Of a stretch of DNA of 32,000 nucleotides, positions 1 through 8,026 are shown one piece after another. The notes under the pieces are model-generated. The model did no database searches and was not told the origin of the DNA. It saw nothing but the letters and a program-made list of their open reading frames with translations. This DNA comes from an uncultured bacterium (GTDB lineage: Bacteria > Patescibacteriota > Gracilibacteria > UBA1369 > PNNO01): positions 990,001 through 1,022,000 of the forward strand of contig OY969931.1 in assembly GCA_963704705.1 (NCBI GenBank). The letters are read 5' to 3'. Each line of letters opens with the position of its first letter. Position 1 is the stretch's first letter. A program made the translations under genes and the position numbers.

Positions 1-994
1 GAACAATATTGCCTCCCTGCCGTATGTTTCCGTTTAATGCTTTTAAAAATCCTGAAATAATTTTTTCAACTTCAGCAAAATTATTATAGATTTCTTTATC
101 CGAGGGGAATTTAGATTGAGGCGGGCCCAAATAGACTTCCGACACAACAGCACCAGGTAAAATAGCCAGATCAATTGCCTCAATTTTCGTTGCGTCTTTA
201 ATAAAAAGATCATAATCATAAGTAATTTCAAAATTCTTTTTTAACCATTCAAGATTCGCTTCACTATCCTTGATTGCTTTTTCACTTATATCAGACCCTA
301 TTGCCTTATAACCCATTAATAACGCCTCCATTAATACTGTGCCGCTTCCGCAAAACGGATCATAAATAGTACAGCCAACTTCCCCTTCACAAGCAAGATT
401 AATCATCATTTGTGCAAGTTTTGGAGGCAGCATTCCGCTTTTTGAATCACGAGCAGGACGTTCATAATCTCTAATCGAATATTTTTTAAAATTCTGAACA
501 GCTATTGTATGACCAAGTAGATATCTATTTCCGGAAATCTTAACTATATTCAGATCAGCTTGATTTTTGTCGAGTTTTTCTTCAAAAATCACTACACTTT
601 TAAGGTTCTCATTTGGCTTATTTAAGAAGCGTGCGCCTCTTCCCTCTTGCTTAAGTCCTTGTTTTAAAAATTTTAGAATATTTTTATGATTTTTTAAGAA
701 TTCATTGCTAAAATTATACAAATTTAATGCAAAAACCACTTTTTGATTATCATGACTAGTCAAATGCTGTAAAAACTTATTCTCAAGCTTCTGAATACTA
801 TCCGATTCATCAAAAAATTTAATAATTTTAATTGTTCCGCCTATTATTTCTAAAATTTTCGGCTCCAATTCATTCTCAAATTCCGCAATCCAAATCTCAT
901 TCCCAATAATTTCACCATCCAAATTAAAAAACGATCTTAACTCGGCAACTGATAATCGCCACTGACGTCCTAATAAAAATCCATACTTATGCAT
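1..994 (-). CDS. Putative THUMP/TRM11-like RNA (guanine-N2) methyltransferase, partial (C-terminus runs off the window)
   Basis: Not in the supplied ORF track because it is open at the window edge. Reverse-strand translation from the ATG at 994 reads MHKYGFLLGRQWRLSVAELRSFFNLDGEIIGNEIWIAE..., then ...SIRDYERPARDSKSGMLPPKLAQMMINLA...YDPFCGSGTVLMEALLMGYKAIGSDISEKAI... (SAM-binding DPFCGSGT motif and following acidic residue) and ...VVSEVYLGPP. Confidence 0.8.
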   Translation of the reverse strand, partial: MHKYGFLLGRQWRLSVAELRSFFNLDGEIIGNEIWIAEFENELEPKILEIIGGTIKIIKFFDESDSIQKLENKFLQHLTSHDNQKVVFALNLYNFSNEFLKNHKNILKFLKQGLKQEGRGARFLNKPNENLKSVVIFEEKLDKNQADLNIVKISGNRYLLGHTIAVQNFKKYSIRDYERPARDSKSGMLPPKLAQMMINLACEGEVGCTIYDPFCGSGTVLMEALLMGYKAIGSDISEKAIKDSEANLEWLKKNFEITYDYDLFIKDATKIEAIDLAILPGAVVSEVYLGPPQSKFPSDKEIYNNFAEVEKIISGFLKALNGNIRQGGNIV

Positions 995-1239
995 ATAAAA
1001 CCGATTACAATTACTAAAAAACAATTAACAACAATTACTATAACAGGTCTTTCAATAATTGCATCCTTAATTTTTGGATATTTTTTCGGATACTTACACC
1101 ATTTATATATATATCGCGATAATATTGAGATGGTTGGAGAAATAAATCATTGCATCAAGGCAAATTAATATAGTAAACTTGTGCACACCAGAGCCGAGCA
1201 ATGCGAGGGTCTAGCGAGCGTAAGCGAACTCATCACCAA

Positions 1240-1740
1240 ATGAATTGCATGAAAAAGCACAAACATATTCTTGTATTACTTGTTGAGAACGAACCAGGCG
1301 TTTTAAATCGTATTAGTTCTCTTATAAGAAGGCGCAGGTTTAATATTGAAAGCATCTCAGCCGGACATACCGAAAAAAAAGGCCTTACGCGCATTACTCT
1401 TGTTGTTAATGCTGAAAATACAAATGTTGAACAGGTAAGGGAGCAGCTTTATAAAATAATTCCTGTTATTAAAATCCGTGATATAACTGAGGAAAATATA
1501 TTTGCAGCTGAAGTTGTACTCGTAAAAGTAAAGGCAGATTCACAAAAACGTGCTGATGTGCAACAAATAGCTGATTTATTTAAAGCAAAAATTATACATG
1601 TTGAAAAAGATATGATAATGATGATGGTAGCGGGCGAAGAAGACAAAGTAAGTTCATTTTTGGATATGATTAAACCCTTTGGTATAGTTGAAATGGTACG
1701 AACAGGTGTAACAGCAATGAATAAGGATAAAACTTTATAA
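1240..1740 (+). CDS. ilvN: Acetolactate synthase small (regulatory) subunit; the ORF track starts at 1201 but the real start is probably near 1240-1249 (M(NC)MKKHKHILVLLVENEPGVLNRISSL)
   Basis: ACT domain signature: VLLVENEPGVLNRISSLIRRRRFNIESISAGHTEKKGLTRITLVV...EQVREQLYKIIPVIKI, plus the C-terminal ALS_ss_C-like region. Confidence 0.92.
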   Translation: MNCMKKHKHILVLLVENEPGVLNRISSLIRRRRFNIESISAGHTEKKGLTRITLVVNAENTNVEQVREQLYKIIPVIKIRDITEENIFAAEVVLVKVKADSQKRADVQQIADLFKAKIIHVEKDMIMMMVAGEEDKVSSFLDMIKPFGIVEMVRTGVTAMNKDKTL

Positions 1741-1760
1741 ATAATTAACTTAAAAATACT

Positions 1761-2267
1761 ATGGCAATGTCATTGAATAAGGTTCAGTTAATCGGGAACC
1801 TCACACGCGATCCAGAGATGCGTCAAATTCCTGGAGGACAGGTTGTAGCTTCTTTCGGGCTTGCAACAAACTTATCTTGGACTGACCAATCAGGTCAAAG
1901 ACAAGACAAACCTGAATTTCACAATATTGTAGCATGGAGAAAACTTGCTGAAATTTGCGGACAATATCTAAAAAAAGGCAGTAAATGTTATATCGAAGGA
2001 AGAATTCAGACCCGAAACTGGGAAGCTGAAGACGGCAGCAAAAGATACCGAACTGAAATCGTTGCTGACAATATGATCATGCTTGACCGTAAAGGCGATT
2101 TTGCCGGTGATTCAGGAGCAAATATGCAATCTGATCATGCTGGTTTAGATCAGGGTCCATCTCCTGAACCTGATTATGACCAAACTCCTGCGCCGGAACA
2201 ATCTGCAGCACCTGCGGCAGCTCAGAGACAGGAAGACGAAGTAACAGTTGACGATCTTCCTTTCTAA
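1761..2267 (+). CDS. ssb: Single-stranded DNA-binding protein
   Basis: MSLNKVQLIGNLTRDPEMRQIPGGQVVASFGLATNLSW...; OB-fold SSB signature, PQ-rich linker and C-terminal acidic tip ...EDEVTVDDLPF. Confidence 0.96.
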   Translation: MAMSLNKVQLIGNLTRDPEMRQIPGGQVVASFGLATNLSWTDQSGQRQDKPEFHNIVAWRKLAEICGQYLKKGSKCYIEGRIQTRNWEAEDGSKRYRTEIVADNMIMLDRKGDFAGDSGANMQSDHAGLDQGPSPEPDYDQTPAPEQSAAPAAAQRQEDEVTVDDLPF

Positions 2268-2304
2268 CAGAGTCGAAGACAAAATATTTAACAAATCGCT
2301 CAAA

Positions 2305-3285
2305 ATGAAACTATATTATGATAATGATGCCGATTTATCAGTAATCAAAGGTAAAAAAATAGCTGTTATTGGTTATGGATCACAAGGCACGGCTCAGGCA
2401 TTAATGCTGCATGATTCGGGAATGGATGTTGTAGTTGGATTAAGAAAAGGCGGAAAGTCATGGAAAAACGCAGAAGCTGACGGTTTGAAGGTATTACCAA
2501 TTAGCGAGGCAGCTAAACAGGCTGACATTATTCATATTTTATTACCTGATGAAGTACAGGGAGCGGTTTATGAAAATGAAATAAAAGAACATGTAATAGG
2601 AGGAAAAACTTTATGCTGCTCTCATGGTTTTAATATTGTTTATAAACAAATTATACCGCCCGATGATGTTGATGTAATAATGGTTGCTCCTAAATCTCCT
2701 GGTTCCGAAGAAAGAAAAGCATATTTGGGAGGAGGAGGGGTACCTGCGTTAGTTGCGGTTAATCAAAACGCTTCAGGAGGTGCATTTGAAACAGGCTTGG
2801 CCTTGGCAAAAGCAATGCAATTTACCAAAGCAGGTGTTCTTGAATGCAGTTTTGAAGATGAAACATATGAAGATTTATTTGGTGAGCAGGCTGTGTTATG
2901 CGGCGGTGTTACTGAACTTGTAAAAAAAGGGTTCGAAGTATTGATTGAAGCCGGCTATCCGGCTGAAATGGCATATTTTGAATGCCTTCATGAACTTAAA
3001 TTAATTGTAGATTTAATTCAGAAAAAAGGTATAAGCGGAATGTATGCGGAAGTATCAAATACAGCAGAATATGGTGGTCAAACCAGAGGTGAAAGAATAA
3101 TTGATGACCGTGTAAAAGAAAATATGAAAAAATTATTAAAAGAAGTTGAAGACGGAACCTTCGCCAACGAATGGATTTCCGAATTTGGTGGTTGCATGGA
3201 AAAACTGCAAGAATTAAGGCAAAAATCCGAAATCCACCCGATAGAAATTGAAGGAAAAAAGATTCGAAATCTTTTCAATTTTTAA
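2305..3285 (+). CDS. ilvC: Ketol-acid reductoisomerase (the track ORF starts at 2248; the likely start is the ATG at 2305)
   Basis: MKLYYDNDADLSVIKGKKIAVIGYGSQGTAQALMLHDSGMDVVVGLRKGGKSW...; GYGSQG Rossmann motif, SPG...R and C-terminal ECLHELKLIVDLI...GMYAEVSNTAEYG metal-site motifs. Confidence 0.96.
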   Translation: MKLYYDNDADLSVIKGKKIAVIGYGSQGTAQALMLHDSGMDVVVGLRKGGKSWKNAEADGLKVLPISEAAKQADIIHILLPDEVQGAVYENEIKEHVIGGKTLCCSHGFNIVYKQIIPPDDVDVIMVAPKSPGSEERKAYLGGGGVPALVAVNQNASGGAFETGLALAKAMQFTKAGVLECSFEDETYEDLFGEQAVLCGGVTELVKKGFEVLIEAGYPAEMAYFECLHELKLIVDLIQKKGISGMYAEVSNTAEYGGQTRGERIIDDRVKENMKKLLKEVEDGTFANEWISEFGGCMEKLQELRQKSEIHPIEIEGKKIRNLFNF

Positions 3286-3367
3286 TAAATATTTTTCTTA
3301 ACAAAAGTTTACTTGCGGTAAACAGTATTTTTGTTATATTTTACTTATTGGTAATAATCAAAATATT

Positions 3368-3817
3368 ATGAAGAAAATTTTAGTACTTTCTATTAGTGTA
3401 TTAATGCTAACCAGTTTTAATTCTTGTACTGCTGAACAAAATACCGAAGATTTACAAACAAATATAATGCAAATTAATACATATGAAATCACTGCTGCGG
3501 ATGTTAATGAAAAAATTAAAAATGCAGAAGACTTTCATTTAATCGATGTTCGCACACCAGAAGAAAACGCTGAATTGAAAATCCCAAATTCAAAATTAAT
3601 GGTTCTTAATGAACTTGCTGACACTATAATTAATGATGAAGAGATTGCTTTTAATGATGAAATAGTCGTTTACTGCAGATCAGGCAACAGAAGTAAAACT
3701 GCCTATGACATATTAACACAACTTGGCTATACAAATGTGAAAAGTATGTCAGGAGGTATTAATGAATGGGAAAATTTAGGATATAATACCTGCAGTGAGT
3801 TAAATAAAACTTGCTAA
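3368..3817 (+). CDS. Secreted rhodanese-like lipoprotein (PspE-like)
   Basis: Lipoprotein signal peptide ending ...LTSFNSC; rhodanese core FHLIDVRTPEENAEL and active-site loop VYCRSGNRSKTAYDIL, LTQLGYTNVKSMSGGINEWE. Confidence 0.88.
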   Translation: MKKILVLSISVLMLTSFNSCTAEQNTEDLQTNIMQINTYEITAADVNEKIKNAEDFHLIDVRTPEENAELKIPNSKLMVLNELADTIINDEEIAFNDEIVVYCRSGNRSKTAYDILTQLGYTNVKSMSGGINEWENLGYNTCSELNKTC

Positions 3818-3820
3818 TAT

Positions 3821-4312
3821 ATGCTCAACTATTATAAACCAATTAAAAAATATTTAGCTGCATTAATTGTAGTGCTTATTGCCCTTATAATATATTTAAG
3901 TGCAATGATCTTTACGGAAGATAATTATGAGTGGTTTCTTAATTTAAAAAAACCCGCATATCAACCTGAAGCATGGGTATTTATGCTTGTTTGGGCCGTG
4001 CTTTTTGCCTTAATTGCTGCTTCAGCAATTATTATTTTATTCAGTAATAAACAAAATAGAAAAAAATGCAATTTTGTAATAATGCTTTTTATTATTAATG
4101 CATTATTGAATGCGATTTTTAATCTGGCAATGTTTGGGCTGCACAATTTATTAATGGCGATAATTATACTCCCGTTTTATTTAGCTTCAATATTCGTTCT
4201 TATTTATTGCTCATATAAAGTAAATAAAATAGCTGCATATTTACTTGTGCCTTATGCACTTTGGTCAATATATGCAACCATTTTAACGGTTTCATTTATG
4301 TTAATTAATTAG
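3821..4312 (+). CDS. TspO/MBR family membrane protein
   Basis: Five TM segments; W(Y/F)LNLKKPAYQPEAWVFMLVWAVLFALIAASA...NAIFNLAMF...PYALWSIYATIL match the TspO family pattern. Confidence 0.82.
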   Translation: MLNYYKPIKKYLAALIVVLIALIIYLSAMIFTEDNYEWFLNLKKPAYQPEAWVFMLVWAVLFALIAASAIIILFSNKQNRKKCNFVIMLFIINALLNAIFNLAMFGLHNLLMAIIILPFYLASIFVLIYCSYKVNKIAAYLLVPYALWSIYATILTVSFMLIN

Positions 4313-5423
4313 AATTCCCTTTTCTTTTCATTGCATCATCTTGCTTTTTAAAGTCTTTTATTTGTGCTAATAAACTATCTTGTTCAGTTGCAGAAAGTTC
4401 TGATCTTTTTATTAGCTTTTGCATTGTTTCGAATTCAGATTCTGTTATTTCACCATCTTCCATCATTTTAAACATCTCTTCTTTTAATGAAGAAGGCAGA
4501 CCTCCGAACTTTTCGTTAACAATCTGTTTTTGAATATCTATCATGTAGCCTTCAATTCTGTTCATTAATAACTGATATGCACTGTCATCGATTTTGCCGG
4601 ATTTAAGTTCGTTATCAACGATATCTTTTAATCTGTACAATTCAGCTTCGCAGCGTTTTGCTTTCATTTTATATTCACTGTAAGTGTCATCAATTTGATT
4701 CATGTATTTTGAAATAGATTTTTGCTTTCTTTTTGCGGCAAAAGTAAAGCCTGTAGCAGCAAGTATAACAGCGATAATTGTTAAAATTATTCCCAAATTA
4801 TTCCAAAGCCATGTTAAAAAGTTAAAAGGTTTAGCATTATTTTTAATTTGTTCATCAGTTAATGCTGGTTTTTCATTTAATGTGTCTTTAGGTTCTTCCA
4901 TTTGCATAGCTCGTTCTCTTTCCAGGTTATCGTAAAAAGCCTGAGGCATAAAATGACTAACTGTATTACTGCAACCTCTTCTGTTATCGGTTGTAATAAC
5001 ACAAACTCTCATAAAATTATCTCCAACTGGTAATGGTTCATCCCATACATAATGTGTTTTATTTTGATCTTCAAAATTCTCAATAAAGCCAAATTCAGGA
5101 TAATATAAATTCGGATCATCCTGGTCGTGTAATATCCTATAACTAAGAAAATCAGGTCCATTGTACTTGCTCCAAGTTAATTCAGGTCTGCCATCATCCA
5201 ATAAATTGAAATCTAAATTTACTTCAAGTGTTGCATCATCAGTATATGGGTCATCGGGGTTCAAAGGGATTGGCTCCAAAGGCATTGGTTGTATTTGCAG
5301 AGGCTCAAGAACAGGTTGTAATTCAATTGCCTGTTGTTCAAGAATTATATTCGGATCTTCAGCAAAAGCAGTATTGCTTAAAGCAATAAAACTTAGAATT
5401 AAAACTGATATTAATTTTTTCAT
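4305..5423 (-). CDS. Hypothetical exported protein: signal peptide, Fn3-like extracellular domain, single TM, cytoplasmic coiled coil with two SHOCT-like helices
   Basis: MKKLISVLILSFIALSNTAFAEDP...; TM NNLGIILTIIAVILAATGFTFAAKRKQ; C-terminal LKSGKIDDSAYQLLMNRIE and MMEDGEITESEFETMQKLI. Overlaps the tspO end by 8 bp (convergent). Confidence 0.6.
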   Translation of the reverse strand: MKKLISVLILSFIALSNTAFAEDPNIILEQQAIELQPVLEPLQIQPMPLEPIPLNPDDPYTDDATLEVNLDFNLLDDGRPELTWSKYNGPDFLSYRILHDQDDPNLYYPEFGFIENFEDQNKTHYVWDEPLPVGDNFMRVCVITTDNRRGCSNTVSHFMPQAFYDNLERERAMQMEEPKDTLNEKPALTDEQIKNNAKPFNFLTWLWNNLGIILTIIAVILAATGFTFAAKRKQKSISKYMNQIDDTYSEYKMKAKRCEAELYRLKDIVDNELKSGKIDDSAYQLLMNRIEGYMIDIQKQIVNEKFGGLPSSLKEEMFKMMEDGEITESEFETMQKLIKRSELSATEQDSLLAQIKDFKKQDDAMKRKGNSN

Positions 5424-5488
5424 AAATAGTGTATTAATTGTTGTCGGGTCTATTATAATGAAATAACTAAATAATTAAACGTTAAATT

Positions 5489-6631
5489 GTGAAAATCGGA
5501 CTGGCAATTACAGCAAAATCTACATTCACATTAATAAATAATTTATTTTGGTTCTATGTTCCTGTTTATTTAATAGATAAAGGATTTTCAGGATGGCATG
5601 TAGGAATTTTTGTAGGACTCGCAAGTTTGGTTTCAATAATAACAATATTACCTGCAGGTATTGCAAATGATAGGATTAAATCTAAAAAAATAATTATTTA
5701 TTCATTATTTTTTAGCATAATTTACTATTTAGGATTAATAACTACTGAAAATGTAATTTTATTGGGAGCTGCATTTATACTTGGAGGTCTTGGAAAAAAT
5801 ATTTTTAATGTTTCAATTGATGCTTTAACTTTTAAAATAATTGAAAAGAAAAAATCTTCAATTCAAATTGGAAAATATTTAGCCTGGAATACTTTTGGTG
5901 CAATTTTAGGATTTATTATTGGTGGATATGCGATTACAAATTTTGGTTATAATAGTACGTTAATTGGCATTCTAACTTTGCTTGTTATTTTAATTTTTGG
6001 GTCTTCATTTTTGCCAATTACTCAAACAATAAAAGTTAAATTGTTTAAATATCGTAAAGATTTATTTAATAAAGAAGTATTATTTTTTATATTTATTGTA
6101 TTTTTATTTACATTGCATTATGGAGCAGAAGCCACCTCTTATTCTTTATTTTTAAGAGAAAATTTTACATTAAATTTATATAATGTTGGATTATTTATTG
6201 CTGGAGCAAATATATTTTTAATAATAGGAAACTGGATTTTCGCAAATAAGGTTCAAAACGGATTTGATCCAAAAAAAGTTTTCTATTTTGCTTTGATTGT
6301 TAGTGGATTGGGTCATATTTTATTTTCGATTCAAAGTGATGTGTGGTGGTCATTTGCATTTAGATGCTTTCATGAACTTGGCGATGGAGCGATGATATTC
6401 AGTATTTATTATGGAATTGTCAGGATCTTTAATATTGAAAGAATAGGAGGCAATTCAAGCTTCATTACTTTAATTACTATAATATCAAGTTCTGTTGGTG
6501 CATTTATTTTTGGACCGTTAGGTGAAAAATTTGGATATTATTTACCTTTATTAATAACAGGAGGAACAAATTTGCTGGCATTTTTAATGCTTTTCTATTT
6601 CAGCAAAAAAGTGTTGCCGAATAGAGCATAA
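5489..6631 (+). CDS. Major facilitator superfamily transporter
   Basis: About 12 hydrophobic segments over 380 aa, with intracellular loop NDRIKSKKIIIYSL and GKYLAWNTFGAILGFIIGGYAI. Confidence 0.8.
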   Translation: MKIGLAITAKSTFTLINNLFWFYVPVYLIDKGFSGWHVGIFVGLASLVSIITILPAGIANDRIKSKKIIIYSLFFSIIYYLGLITTENVILLGAAFILGGLGKNIFNVSIDALTFKIIEKKKSSIQIGKYLAWNTFGAILGFIIGGYAITNFGYNSTLIGILTLLVILIFGSSFLPITQTIKVKLFKYRKDLFNKEVLFFIFIVFLFTLHYGAEATSYSLFLRENFTLNLYNVGLFIAGANIFLIIGNWIFANKVQNGFDPKKVFYFALIVSGLGHILFSIQSDVWWSFAFRCFHELGDGAMIFSIYYGIVRIFNIERIGGNSSFITLITIISSSVGAFIFGPLGEKFGYYLPLLITGGTNLLAFLMLFYFSKKVLPNRA

Positions 6632-6669
6632 AAGTACTACACTGCTTAAGTATTTAAAAGAAAAGGCTT

Positions 6670-7689
6670 ATGCATATTGGATTAACCGGATACCTTGCCT
6701 GCGGCAAAGGAGAACTTGCTAAAATTTTACAAAAAAATGGATTTGAATACATTTCGTTATCAGATGTTGTCCGTAAATCAGCAACTGATCAAGGTTTAGA
6801 ACATACGCGCGAAAATTTACAAAAAGTAGGCAATGAATTACGTGCAAAATTCGGAAGCGGCCACTTTTCACGTGAAGTTCGTAAAGAAATTGAAGCAAAT
6901 CCTGATAAAAAATATGTGATTGATGGAATCAGAAATCCAATGGAAGCAAAAGAGTTGCAGGCTTTACCTGATTTTTACTTAGTTGGAATTAGCGCAAAGC
7001 CCGAAACAATTGTAGAAAGAGTATTATCACGAAAAAGAGAAGGTGATAATTTAACTAAAGAAGATATTTTGGCGAAACTCGACATTGAAAAAGGAAAAAA
7101 TCAACCAACAGATGGTCAACAAGTGGCAAAATGTTTAGAAATGGTCAACTTTTTAATAATAAATGAAGGAAGTTTAGAAGAAGTTGAAAAAAAGATAGAA
7201 CACTTTTTAGGAATTCTTAATGGAACACAGCGTCCAACATTCGATGAAGTATTTATGGGCAATGCAGTTAACTGGTCTCAAAGATCAACATGTTTAAGAA
7301 GAAAAGTAGGTTCTGTAATTTCAAAAGATAATCAACAATTAACAGCCGGGTACAATGGTGCACCACGAACAATGAAGCATTGCGCTGAACTTGGTGGCTG
7401 TCTTCGCGAAAAACTTGGAATTCCTTCAGGTCAGCGCCACGAAATTTGCCGCGGAACACATGCAGAACAAAATGCGATTACCCAAGCTGCAAAATTCGGC
7501 ATTACAATCGAAGGCGGAACACTTTATTGCAACACTCACCCATGCAGTATTTGCACAAAAATGATTATTAACGCAGGAATAACTAAAGTAGTTTATGACT
7601 CTGACTACGATGATGCACTTTCAAAAGAAATGCTTGGTGAACAAACAGCATTGGAATTGGTGAGGTTTGAAGGATTAAGAAGCTTGTAA
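6670..7689 (+). CDS. Fusion protein: N-terminal P-loop kinase-like domain (dephospho-CoA kinase/dNMP kinase-like) plus C-terminal deoxycytidylate (dCMP) deaminase
   Basis: N-terminal MHIGLTGYLACGKGELAKILQKNGFEYISLSDVVR...YVIDGIRNPMEAKEL. C-terminal zinc-deaminase motifs THAEQNAI...GGTLYCNTHPCSICTKMIINAGITKVVY. Confidence 0.88.
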   Translation: MHIGLTGYLACGKGELAKILQKNGFEYISLSDVVRKSATDQGLEHTRENLQKVGNELRAKFGSGHFSREVRKEIEANPDKKYVIDGIRNPMEAKELQALPDFYLVGISAKPETIVERVLSRKREGDNLTKEDILAKLDIEKGKNQPTDGQQVAKCLEMVNFLIINEGSLEEVEKKIEHFLGILNGTQRPTFDEVFMGNAVNWSQRSTCLRRKVGSVISKDNQQLTAGYNGAPRTMKHCAELGGCLREKLGIPSGQRHEICRGTHAEQNAITQAAKFGITIEGGTLYCNTHPCSICTKMIINAGITKVVYDSDYDDALSKEMLGEQTALELVRFEGLRSL

Positions 7690-7690
7690 T

Positions 7691-8017
7691 TTAATATTTT
7701 CTTTTTAAATCTTTATATCTTCTTATTAAAGAAACAACTAAAGCAATATATAAAACAGTAAACAAAACTCCAACAAATATATTCAGACCACTCAAAGTTT
7801 TATTTTCAGAATTTGTAAAATCAATTATTGCATATACTAAAAAACCTATATAAATCAAATCTGCCAATATAAAAACCAGTAATAATCTAATGGGAGAGCC
7901 CGGCCATTTCAAATAATGCGGAACTCTTCCCCCGGTATAATACCCAGGTTCAAACTGATGTCTCTGCCATTCCTGATGGCCATCTATGTAATCCGGTTTA
8001 TTTTCTTCATTTTTCAT
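7691..8017 (-). CDS. Hypothetical small membrane protein with two predicted TM segments
   Basis: 108 aa; LLLVFILADLIYIGFLVYAI and IFVGVLFTVLYIALVVSLI. Confidence 0.5.
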   Translation of the reverse strand: MKNEENKPDYIDGHQEWQRHQFEPGYYTGGRVPHYLKWPGSPIRLLLVFILADLIYIGFLVYAIIDFTNSENKTLSGLNIFVGVLFTVLYIALVVSLIRRYKDLKRKY

Positions 8018-8026
8018 AAATATATT

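Noticed and set aside
43-231. ORF 43-231 (+) in the supplied track
   Set aside because: Antisense to the partial methyltransferase CDS, with low-complexity K/L/I-rich translation; not supported as a gene.
3307-3323. Small inverted repeat gtttac-ttgcg-gtaaac downstream of ilvC
   Set aside because: Only a 6-bp AT-rich stem and no immediate T-tract; too weak to call a terminator or operator.
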